A DNA stretch of 64,000 nt, from positions 4,081-68,080 of the forward strand of contig CAZCNN010000002.1 of NCBI GenBank assembly GCA_964500505.1, read 5' to 3'. The DNA comes from an uncultured Bdellovibrionales bacterium. GTDB taxonomy: Bacteria > Patescibacteriota > Minisyncoccia > Moranbacterales > UBA1568. Each line of letters opens with the position of its first letter. Within the stretch, counting starts at the first letter, position 1. The translations under genes were made by a program, and so were the position numbers. The notes under the pieces were generated by a model, which made no database searches, had not been told where the DNA came from, and saw only the letters and a program-made list of their open reading frames with translations. Of this stretch, positions 28,102 to 36,378 are shown in pieces.

Positions 28102-29334
28102 ATGAGTATAGATTTGAGCCAGTTTTTTTTCTTGATTCTCACGATTCTACTTATTTCACTCATTGATTTTGTTGTCTTAGTACGAGCACGTTTAAAAGAT
28201 CATCATACTGTTGAGGAATACACCAAATCAGACCTGAATTATACTATTCTCGTTCCTATATTTGGTAATATTTCTTACCTCAGAAATATAGATTTTCTTA
28301 AGCAATACGCTAAACACGTTGTTCTTTGTACGACCACTAAAGAAAATGCGGAATTTGATGAAGCGATTAACAACATTGCTTCTGAACATGGATTCCGAGT
28401 CTTTCGCTCAGAGGTTCCGATTGCTTCTGCTTCACATAGACCAAATCCCTGGCGTCTTTTTACTCATACGTTGCATGGCAAAGGAAATTTACACGTAACA
28501 GAAGATGTTTCTTCGGTTGGCGATAGGTTTAACAGAGAAATTGCACGAGATGAAATCATCAAAGATAGTTTTTCTGCCATTGAGACAGACTACTGTATCT
28601 TTTTGGATGGAGATACTACTGCTAAAGAGAAGCTTTTCAAATTAGTGCATCTTGTTAGGGAACTTGACTTTGATTTAGCCTCTGTTCGGGTGCTTGCATC
28701 CAAGCAAGAAACTATAATGGAAAAACTCCAGGCTGTCGAATACGATCTAGCTATGGATGCACGGAAGATCTATCCTTGGCTGACATCGGGTGCTTGCATG
28801 GTTGCCAAGACAGAAGTAATTAAAGACATTATGCAGCACCATTCCTTGTTCTTTTCGGGTGGAGATATTGAAATAGGGAAGCTTGCTGGTATATTAAAAT
28901 ACAAAGTAGGGCACGTAAGGTTTGAATTTTATACAGATGTGCCATCTACATTTAAATCTTGGTTTAAACAAAGAATGGCCTGGTTTGGGGGGGGATTTAG
29001 ACATGCTGTTGTGAACTTGCATAGATATGCATGGAGACACCCTCTTTTCTATTTCTATACAACAATTCTGGTCTATCTTTTGACTCCTCTCCGGTGGTAC
29101 GAAGTAGTGAAGCATCCCGAAGCCTTACCTATTGTGATTGTTCTCTATTGGTTTCTTATCTTTGCTTTTCACTGGAAAACAAAAAAATGGTTTTATTTTC
29201 TCTTCCCTTTCTATGCGTTACTTCAAATTCTGATTCTCATTCCGTTAGGAGTTTTGACTTATATAAGAATGGCATTCAGTACGAGTAATATTGGGATGAT
29301 TCGATTGCGGGGGAAGCTTAGAAATAATATGTAA
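28102..29334 (+). CDS. membrane glycosyltransferase family 2 (DxD motif, C-terminal TM bundle; PgaC/IcaA/cellulose-synthase-like)
   Basis: N-terminal TM. DxD motif FLDGDTT. QRMAW resembling the Q(R/Q)xRW motif. Multiple C-terminal TM helices. Strongly AT-rich codon usage. Confidence 0.65.
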   Translation: MSIDLSQFFFLILTILLISLIDFVVLVRARLKDHHTVEEYTKSDLNYTILVPIFGNISYLRNIDFLKQYAKHVVLCTTTKENAEFDEAINNIASEHGFRVFRSEVPIASASHRPNPWRLFTHTLHGKGNLHVTEDVSSVGDRFNREIARDEIIKDSFSAIETDYCIFLDGDTTAKEKLFKLVHLVRELDFDLASVRVLASKQETIMEKLQAVEYDLAMDARKIYPWLTSGACMVAKTEVIKDIMQHHSLFFSGGDIEIGKLAGILKYKVGHVRFEFYTDVPSTFKSWFKQRMAWFGGGFRHAVVNLHRYAWRHPLFYFYTTILVYLLTPLRWYEVVKHPEALPIVIVLYWFLIFAFHWKTKKWFYFLFPFYALLQILILIPLGVLTYIRMAFSTSNIGMIRLRGKLRNNM

Positions 29335-29340
29335 ATTATC

Positions 29341-30384
29341 ATGAAGAACATTTTTCTCTTCTCTTTATTTCTGATAATTTCTTTAGTCTTTGTAGTATCT
29401 AGGTACTTTATTAATGTTGTTCCAAACGAAAATATAGTGGAAGAAAATAAAGTTGTTGAAAGAAAGACCTTAGCCAAGGAATACGGAAATGCTGTATGGG
29501 ATTGGCAGCCTCTAAAAAGAGAAGACACGGATACTTTTTTCTCTGATCTTCAGGCAAGAGGAGTCAATTCTGTCTACATGAACATAGGGGATTATGTGGA
29601 TATTCATGAAATAAAAGATGATACGAAAAAGGGGGAAAAAACTGAAGAATTTAATACAAAGGTAGAGGAATATATAAATACTGCTCAAGAGTATGGGATT
29701 TCCGTGCACGCCCTAGCGGGTAACGTAGACTGGGGGAACTCCTCTCATCGTTACCTGAACGAAGTTGTTATTGAATATACTAGGAGTTTTAACAAAAATA
29801 ATCCTGAAATAAAGTTTCAAGGAGTACAGTTTGATATTGAACCATATAGCCAGGAGGGTTTTGCTACGAAAAATAGAGAAGCTATTTTCCTAGACTACCT
29901 CGATACTGTTTCTGGTATTGTTTCAATATTCGACAAGTATCAAGGACAAGATTCGGAGTTTAAAGGGATGAAACTAGGTTTTGTTATACCGTACTGGTTC
30001 GATGGTGAGACAGAGTACTCAAAAAAGATTATTTGGAATGGGGAGGAGAAATACCTTTTCTATCACATTTTGAATAGGATTAATAGGATTCAAGATGGCT
30101 ACCTTGTAATAATGGCCTACAGAAATTTTGCTGAAGGATCAGGAGGATCTATTGAGCATAGTTTGGAGGAGGTAAAGTTTGCGCAACAGAATACCCCGAG
30201 GGTGAGGATTGTTATTGGTCAAGAAACTTCAGATGTAGAACCGGAGAGGATCACATTCTTTACCATGCCATTTAATAATATGGTTGACGAGGTAAAAAAA
30301 ATTAGCACAAGGTACGAAATATTCCCAAACTTCGGAGGTTTCGCTTTCAACAATGCTGATTCTTTCCTGGGGTTGGATTGGTAA
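29341..30384 (+). CDS. hypothetical exported protein (possible polysaccharide-active enzyme partner)
   Basis: N-terminal signal/TM helix. Lies between two GT2 genes in the same AT-rich block. No motif recognised. Confidence 0.5.
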   Translation: MKNIFLFSLFLIISLVFVVSRYFINVVPNENIVEENKVVERKTLAKEYGNAVWDWQPLKREDTDTFFSDLQARGVNSVYMNIGDYVDIHEIKDDTKKGEKTEEFNTKVEEYINTAQEYGISVHALAGNVDWGNSSHRYLNEVVIEYTRSFNKNNPEIKFQGVQFDIEPYSQEGFATKNREAIFLDYLDTVSGIVSIFDKYQGQDSEFKGMKLGFVIPYWFDGETEYSKKIIWNGEEKYLFYHILNRINRIQDGYLVIMAYRNFAEGSGGSIEHSLEEVKFAQQNTPRVRIVIGQETSDVEPERITFFTMPFNNMVDEVKKISTRYEIFPNFGGFAFNNADSFLGLDW

Positions 30385-30449
30385 GTAACTTTGAAATAAG
30401 CGTGTTAAAACAAAAACATTTTTGACTCCTCTTTTGTTTTGATACGCTT

Positions 30450-31808
30450 ATGAGCTTTGCCAAAGTTTCTATATTTGCTAGTAAGTCGAAAGGGTATTTC
30501 GGCTCTTTCTTTGCTGCGTTATTTGTAGTCGCTACGACTGGGTATTTTTATACGCAGATTATTGCTCAAGAGAATATCTTCGATTCTTTTCTCATCGGTG
30601 TCGTCTTCTTATCTGCTTCCACTGACGGTTTTTTCCTTTTGCTGAACATATTTAGAAAGTCAAAAAAATCGAGTAACCTCAGCTTCGACCCTTCTAAGCT
30701 GAGTATTCTTATTGCTTGCTATAATGGCGAGCAAATAATTGGAGAAACCATCAGGCAAGTATTAACAAAAGTTCCAAAAGAACAAGTCTTTGTTGTTTCT
30801 GATGCTTCAACAGACCAAACCGGAGTGGTGGTTAAGCAGTGGGGTGTGAATCTCATCGAAAATGAAGTGAATAAAAATAAGGCACTGAGTATTAGCCATG
30901 CTATTGAACAAGTTAAAACCCCTTACGTGCTTATTTTGGATGATGACACTCATATCGAAAGTACTTTCATCCCCACTAGTCTTATAGATGACGGTTATGC
31001 AGCCGTTGCTTTTAATGTCATGCCGGAACCGCATCCCTCACTTATTAATAGGTTACAACAATTTGAGTATAGAAAAAGCATGGTTTTAGGGAAAGAACTG
31101 AGAGCAGCGGTAGGTGCGATAGGCAATGTATCGGGGGCTATAGGACTTTTTAAGACCCGAGATCTTGTTGCCCAAATACGGAAACATTCGGGACAATTTG
31201 GCGGAGAAGACCAGCAGAGGACCATGATGGTGCATTTGGAGAGTACTGGTAAAGGGATTGCTTATACCGATTCGACTGTACTCACCGAACCACCGAGTAC
31301 CTTTTATAAGGTATTCAGGCAAAGATATAGGAGTTGGAATTGCTCTACTCATGAAACTTTTTTTCTTTGCTGGAAAATAATTCTGTCACCAAAATTGCAT
31401 TACATGCTTAAGCTTGAGAGGGCGTACCTGATTTTCATTTTACTTACAGACCCTATAAGGATGCTATTCTTTTTCAGCATCCTTTTCTATCCGATAAATC
31501 TTGTTATTTTATACTGCCTATATTTATTTCTAGAGACTTGTTGCTGGTTAAAGACAGGGAGGAAAGACAGTTTTTTTATTGTGATTCTCACTCCCTTTTA
31601 CGGCATGTTTAAAACTTTTGCAAGATTCATAGCTCACTTTTGGTGGTTCAAACTAAAATATGACTACCTTTTTAGGAAGAAGTTTCATGTATATATTACG
31701 GAACGAGCGTTGATTTTAGAGTATGCTGGCATTGCAATTGCTCTGGTATTTGTTTGGTATTATGCCTTTTTGCAATTTTCAAGTCATATTAGTGAGTTAT
31801 CCCGTTAG
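30450..31808 (+). CDS. processive family-2 glycosyltransferase (beta-glycan synthase type; DxD and QxxRW motifs, TM-rich)
   Basis: GT2 N-terminal block ILIACYNGEQ. DxD motif LILDDDT. FRQRYRSW is the Q(Q/R)xRW processivity motif. Four or more C-terminal TM helices. Confidence 0.7.
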   Translation: MSFAKVSIFASKSKGYFGSFFAALFVVATTGYFYTQIIAQENIFDSFLIGVVFLSASTDGFFLLLNIFRKSKKSSNLSFDPSKLSILIACYNGEQIIGETIRQVLTKVPKEQVFVVSDASTDQTGVVVKQWGVNLIENEVNKNKALSISHAIEQVKTPYVLILDDDTHIESTFIPTSLIDDGYAAVAFNVMPEPHPSLINRLQQFEYRKSMVLGKELRAAVGAIGNVSGAIGLFKTRDLVAQIRKHSGQFGGEDQQRTMMVHLESTGKGIAYTDSTVLTEPPSTFYKVFRQRYRSWNCSTHETFFLCWKIILSPKLHYMLKLERAYLIFILLTDPIRMLFFFSILFYPINLVILYCLYLFLETCCWLKTGRKDSFFIVILTPFYGMFKTFARFIAHFWWFKLKYDYLFRKKFHVYITERALILEYAGIAIALVFVWYYAFLQFSSHISELSR

Positions 31809-31849
31809 AGAGAAGCGAGCTGACAATCTACTAAAACCTTATGTGGGAA
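31807..31849. repeat. right copy of imperfect direct repeat (AGAGAGAAGCGAGCTGA...CTAA..CTTATGTGGG)
   Basis: See 27456-27499. Begins 1 nt before the stop codon of the GT2 gene. Confidence 0.5.
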
Positions 31850-32005
31850 AAGATCGTAGAATTCTTGATAGCATCACAGACCTTTGTATCAGCTTCCCTT
31901 TGTCGTGCCCGAGCCGCCAGTCATAATAGACCAAACATTGCTTTTAGGGGGTAAAAGTGAGATATTCGTATCATAAAGGACAAAAGTAGTTAAGATTGCA
32001 TACCT

Positions 32006-32356
32006 ATGAAAGAACAGGAAGAGCAAGATCCTGATTACATCAAGAACTTACTTTCTCGAGTGAAGCTTTCGCCTGAAAACGAAAAAGACTTCGATAGTTT
32101 CGTTCAGGCATCTGTTGATAGTCTAAATAGGAGTTCTGGTGAAAGTGTTGAGAGGAGCAATCGATATGACAAGATATATGCTGTCGAACGGAAAAAGTGG
32201 CCGCATGGGATGGGGAGTATGAAAACTAGAGATGATGTACCAGAACATCTACAGGATGAGCTCGAGAAGTGTATCATCAGATCGCAAATTGTTGCTCGTG
32301 ACGCCTGTCAGACTCAAGAGCTAACAGACAAGTATCTAGCGGAAAACCTAGGATAG
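32006..32356 (+). CDS. hypothetical protein
   Basis: ATG-start ORF with no recognisable motif. Confidence 0.35.
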   Translation: MKEQEEQDPDYIKNLLSRVKLSPENEKDFDSFVQASVDSLNRSSGESVERSNRYDKIYAVERKKWPHGMGSMKTRDDVPEHLQDELEKCIIRSQIVARDACQTQELTDKYLAENLG

Positions 32357-32419
32357 ATATTCCTAACAAAAAACGGCGAAACCTCACTTAGGAATCGCCG
32401 TCTTGAGTGTCCGTTGCCA

Positions 32420-33103
32420 TTATCGATGCGCTGGCATGAGGAAGGATGAAATCAGTTCCGAAGCATCGTACTTCGAACATGACTCAGCCTCTTGAAGCCA
32501 CTTCTCCCTCTCTCGTGGGTTATAGATCTTCTCAGCTATAAGGGAATAGAGTAGAGTTTTCTGCTTTTCCGTGATTGGCTCGTCCCCGGGTTGGTACGGA
32601 CCTTTCGGGGGAATGCCATTGGTAGCCTCAGCCGGAGCCTCCTGAATCTTCTCAATAGGCATATCCTCCAGATCACTGGTGAATATATCGGAGAGCCCTG
32701 TGGATCGGATGACGCCGGAGATATAGGCAGATTTCTCCGACATCTTGATCGTCTTATTGGGGTCATTTCCATTGTCCATGAGCGTGGCGGCACCTCGACC
32801 CTGCCCAACTATCTCACCGAAGCGTGTGAGTGTGCAGGTATAGGCAATCAACCCATCTATGCTTCGAAATGAATCCATGGTTTCGGTATCTTTTTCGAAG
32901 GTAGCAACGAGTGAATAGATTGCTGCTAGTTTTTCGGCACCGGACTTCCCGAGGCTCTTCCGGTTTTTGATGATGTAGTAGTCTCTGTTTTCCTCTAGTT
33001 TCGGGAGAATCTTCTGAATGAAGTAATCCCGTTTCTGGAGCAGAGTATCGACACCAGCTTTGAACTGGTCGACACTGTCCGATATGGTCAACGCTGTCGT
33101 CAT
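32420..33103 (-). CDS. hypothetical phage-associated protein (weak resemblance to single-strand annealing/ERF-like proteins; unverified)
   Basis: 227 aa, acidic C-terminus. Lies in the phage-like block. No firm motif. Confidence 0.4.
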   Translation of the reverse strand: MTTALTISDSVDQFKAGVDTLLQKRDYFIQKILPKLEENRDYYIIKNRKSLGKSGAEKLAAIYSLVATFEKDTETMDSFRSIDGLIAYTCTLTRFGEIVGQGRGAATLMDNGNDPNKTIKMSEKSAYISGVIRSTGLSDIFTSDLEDMPIEKIQEAPAEATNGIPPKGPYQPGDEPITEKQKTLLYSLIAEKIYNPREREKWLQEAESCSKYDASELISSFLMPAHR

Positions 33104-33120
33104 AATTTTGAATAAAAGAA

Positions 33121-33327
33121 TTAGTATTCTTCGGGGAGCATAGCCGTGTAGCCAAACTCGCCGTTATCAGCGACAAAGTACTTTTTGCCGTTGATTTCGA
33201 CTGAATAGAACCAGTCGTCTTGCGCCTTCGCTAATGCATGGAAGGCGACTTCTACTTGTTCTCGAATCTTTGATGGCTGATCCATCATGCCTTGGGTCCA
33301 GATGCCGATGAATTTTTGGCTACACAT
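33121..33327 (-). CDS. small hypothetical protein
   Basis: 68-aa ORF 17 nt downstream of 32420..33103 on the same strand. Confidence 0.3.
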   Translation of the reverse strand: MCSQKFIGIWTQGMMDQPSKIREQVEVAFHALAKAQDDWFYSVEINGKKYFVADNGEFGYTAMLPEEY

Positions 33328-34028
33328 ATTTCATAGACGCATGTGATGGCAACGCATGTTCGACGAGGCACGCAGAGGGTGAATGTTGCGAGAATTAATA
33401 ACCTCTACATGATCAAGTGGTAAGCGAACGAAAAAGAGTGGAGGTGAGTAGTCTTGAGGGTGTATAGGGGCGTATTTGGGTACTCTTTGGTATGAGCGGG
33501 TCCCTTTGAGTAAGGGTACTGACACGGGGGATTTCTTAGATACCGCTTTAGTCTTATCGGCATTATTCTGACTCTTTGGATACAAGTCAGTCTTTTGAAG
33601 TATTTTTTAGCACAGTTCAGTCTCAAGATCAGCTGCTTGCTAATTAAGAGAGCTCTGTTTACTGGATCAGTTTCCTAATTCTTCGTGCAGGTTTTTAAAA
33701 AATTCCGTATTGCTCTGATTCTATCGACCAATGCTTGACAAGGGGTTGTGGACACATCTTTTTATTTGCCAATTCAAAAATCGTGGCTTATTAGAGCCGC
33801 TTTAAAGCTATTTTTTTGAAAGTTGATGGAAAAAGTGGTTCAAAAATAACCAGTTTTATGGCTCAGATAAGCCATCATAAATCATTAGTACTGAGATAAT
33901 CTGAAAATGTTAGGTGAGTATCGCCTAATGGACACCACAAATACGGCGCATACCCTTTTTGTGGAAGCCGTCTCAGCGAAAGCTGGGGTGGTGTCCAGAA
34001 AAAGGGTTTTATTTTTTATCAGTAACAT

Positions 34029-35021
34029 ATGAAAAAACGAAGAGTCATAGACAAACGGGAGAAAGCAAAATTCATGGTGGATGATGCCTTTTTGGAGAAG
34101 ATGGCTAGGCTTTGCGGATGGCAGGGGACGATTGTGTACGCGAGTCTCTGTCGGCACGCCAACAAGGATCAAGAGTGCTTTCCCTCGATAGGGTTGATGG
34201 CTGCACAGCATCGTGTGAGTCGGACCACTGTGCTGAAGGGTATCAGGGCACTAGAAGAGAGATGTGTGATCTATGTGAACAAAGCAAGGTCGAAAGGCGG
34301 CAAATGGCTGAACAACACCTATATCTTATTAGATAAAGCTGAATGGGATTACCAAGTCCACAAGGTAGACATGGAGAGTAGTAAAAATGAGGCGATAACC
34401 GAGTCCATGTCAGATACGCTGCCAAGTCCATCAGGTGTACCTAGCCAAGTCCATTCGGGCGACACTAAGGAAGCACATGGTAAGGAAACACATGAACTCA
34501 AGGAAACACATCTTTTGCAAAACGGGGTTTTGCAGAATGGTAGTTTTTCTGGTCGAGCCTTAAAAGATTCTTTGCCATTGGAGAAGAAGAGGGTAGATAT
34601 TTTTTTATGCGGCGAAGTTGAATCACCTACTAGTGCAAAGTTGAGTGAAGTAATCAGACTCTTCGAACCAATTCTCCCGGGTGACTTTGTCGGGTCTCGG
34701 TCGGCTTTACTCAACAGTACTACTCGAGAAGCTGTAGCGGCCTTGCTCCAGAGAAAGAGTGTTGATCAAGTGGCAGAGCTAATCTGGCGTTACTACAACG
34801 CGAGAGAGGACCCTTACCGTCCGAAAGTTGGTAAGGTCTACCATTTCTGCACTTCCAGACTGGCTGATATCGAGCATCATGTCATGCAGGAGACTGCTAC
34901 CCATACGGTAGGTGATTGGGATAGCTCCAAGAAGGTGACATGGGAGTTAATCAAGAAGGACGAAGAAGAACATCGAAGGTTGACGGAAGAATGGCAGGCT
35001 TTTATAGAAAATCATAAATGA
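34029..35021 (+). CDS. replication initiator/replisome-organizer-like protein with N-terminal winged-helix HTH (phage/plasmid type)
   Basis: N-terminal region GWQGTIVYASLCRHANKD...SIGLMAAQHRVSRTTVLKGIRALEE resembles DnaD/RepA-like phage replication proteins. Preceded by a ~700-bp non-coding region with inverted repeats. Confidence 0.5.
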   Translation: MKKRRVIDKREKAKFMVDDAFLEKMARLCGWQGTIVYASLCRHANKDQECFPSIGLMAAQHRVSRTTVLKGIRALEERCVIYVNKARSKGGKWLNNTYILLDKAEWDYQVHKVDMESSKNEAITESMSDTLPSPSGVPSQVHSGDTKEAHGKETHELKETHLLQNGVLQNGSFSGRALKDSLPLEKKRVDIFLCGEVESPTSAKLSEVIRLFEPILPGDFVGSRSALLNSTTREAVAALLQRKSVDQVAELIWRYYNAREDPYRPKVGKVYHFCTSRLADIEHHVMQETATHTVGDWDSSKKVTWELIKKDEEEHRRLTEEWQAFIENHK

Positions 35022-35028
35022 ACCCTAT

Positions 35029-35259
35029 ATGGACCAATCGACCAAAGACGAGCTAAGACTGTTACGCAGAGTGGTTTGCTCGGAATGCCAAAGCAGGAAG
35101 AGTTATCTGAATCCAATGGGGAAATGTTGGGAGTGCAAAAAGAAATATTGCTTCGACCACCTGTACTCCTTGCAGGTTAATGCCGGAATGTCGGAAAACG
35201 AAGAAGTGCGATCAGTCTGCAAAGATTGCAGAAAGAAGCATGGTTACTGGACGCTGTGA
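35029..35259 (+). CDS. small zinc-ribbon protein (CxxC-N-CxxC, second CxxC pair)
   Basis: CSECQ...CWECKKKYC...CKDCRKKHG. Confidence 0.35.
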   Translation: MDQSTKDELRLLRRVVCSECQSRKSYLNPMGKCWECKKKYCFDHLYSLQVNAGMSENEEVRSVCKDCRKKHGYWTL

Positions 35260-35388
35260 TGCCTGTTTTGGCTCGTACCTGACAGTCTAGAAGCATTAAA
35301 AAGAAGGAAGTGGGGTAAATGTAGAGCTCAGAGAGAAAAGCGTGCAGGTGAAGGGACGCTTATTATTATCAATTACTAATTCAACCCT

Positions 35389-35904
35389 ATGAAGGCAACA
35401 AAGAAAGTTTCGAAGAAAGTCGTTCAAGGAAAACCGGTGTACGCGATCATCTTTTGTCGGACAAGTTCGAGACGGGGGAGTGAGCAAAAAATGAGGCAGC
35501 AAGAGCAGCGGTGCGTGAAGTTCGCTCAGGCAGAAGGGTACATTGTGAAAGAAGATGCGATATTTCGGGAGATAGCTTCTGGAACAGAGCGATACCAGAA
35601 GCGTCCTGTACTCGTCAAAATACTCGAGTATATTGAGCGGTTTCATAAAAAGCAATTTATTCTGATTGTTACTGATACGCAACGCATTAGCCGTGATAAA
35701 CGCAATGTCTCTGCTTATAGGAAAGCACTTTTCGTAAGAACGGCTTTGGTTGAGTCACTGAATTGTCTTGCAAAGCAATCAATTGAGGATCAAATGAGAA
35801 AAATAGAAGATTATCTTTTCAAATGCCACGAGCGCAATGTTGTATATGGATGGTGGGAGGAAGTGACGCCAGAGCAAGATCGCTCCGGTGTCGACCCTAA
35901 GTAA
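35389..35904 (+). CDS. serine recombinase catalytic-domain protein (resolvase N-terminal domain only, 171 aa)
   Basis: YAIIFCRTSS..GSEQ...Q...C..FA...GY......E..SGT.....RP.L..IL..I......ILIVTDTQRISRD follows the resolvase/invertase catalytic-domain pattern. Lacks a C-terminal HTH. Confidence 0.55.
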   Translation: MKATKKVSKKVVQGKPVYAIIFCRTSSRRGSEQKMRQQEQRCVKFAQAEGYIVKEDAIFREIASGTERYQKRPVLVKILEYIERFHKKQFILIVTDTQRISRDKRNVSAYRKALFVRTALVESLNCLAKQSIEDQMRKIEDYLFKCHERNVVYGWWEEVTPEQDRSGVDPK

Positions 35905-36180
35905 CGGTTACGAGTATGTCATCGCCTATGAAGCCAATGGTGGGGAGCATTATTCTGCTAGCCGTGTCTGACGGGATTCTTGTTTCTGAGACATTTGAAT
36001 CGACATCTTGCTCGTTTGTTCTTATTGACGGCATCAGTTTTGGTTATCGGTATGTCGGCGACGATAAGGCCGGTGATGCCCTTAGCCGAGTCTATGGCGC
36101 CCTGTTTGACGATGCCCTAAGAGAATTAAGGGCTGAGAATAGCCAATTTATGTTATAGACAATTAAGTACAAATAGGTAT

Positions 36181-36378
36181 ATGATAGATAATATGAAACT
36201 CCTTACGAGACAAGAAGTCGCAGCGCTGTTGCGAGTTGATCCTCGAACTGTTGAGCGATGGCTCCGAAGTGGGAAACTGAAGGGCTATAAGCTCGGTGAT
36301 GGTAAAACCGCTCCGTGGCGAATTGATGAAGCAGAGGTACAAAGGTTTCTGGAGAAAAATAATGGAAGAGACCTATGA
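36181..36378 (+). CDS. excisionase/MerR-type HTH protein (putative recombination directionality factor)
   Basis: LTRQEVAALLRVDPRTVERWLRSGKLKGYKLG matches the Xis-type HTH. Immediately upstream of, and overlapping by 4 nt, the large serine recombinase gene. Confidence 0.6.
   Translation: MIDNMKLLTRQEVAALLRVDPRTVERWLRSGKLKGYKLGDGKTAPWRIDEAEVQRFLEKNNGRDL

Noticed and set aside
31723-31926. 67-aa ORF across the right direct repeat
   Set aside because: It overlaps the GT2 gene's 3' end in another frame and owes its REKRA peptide to the duplicated att-like sequence. Likely non-coding.
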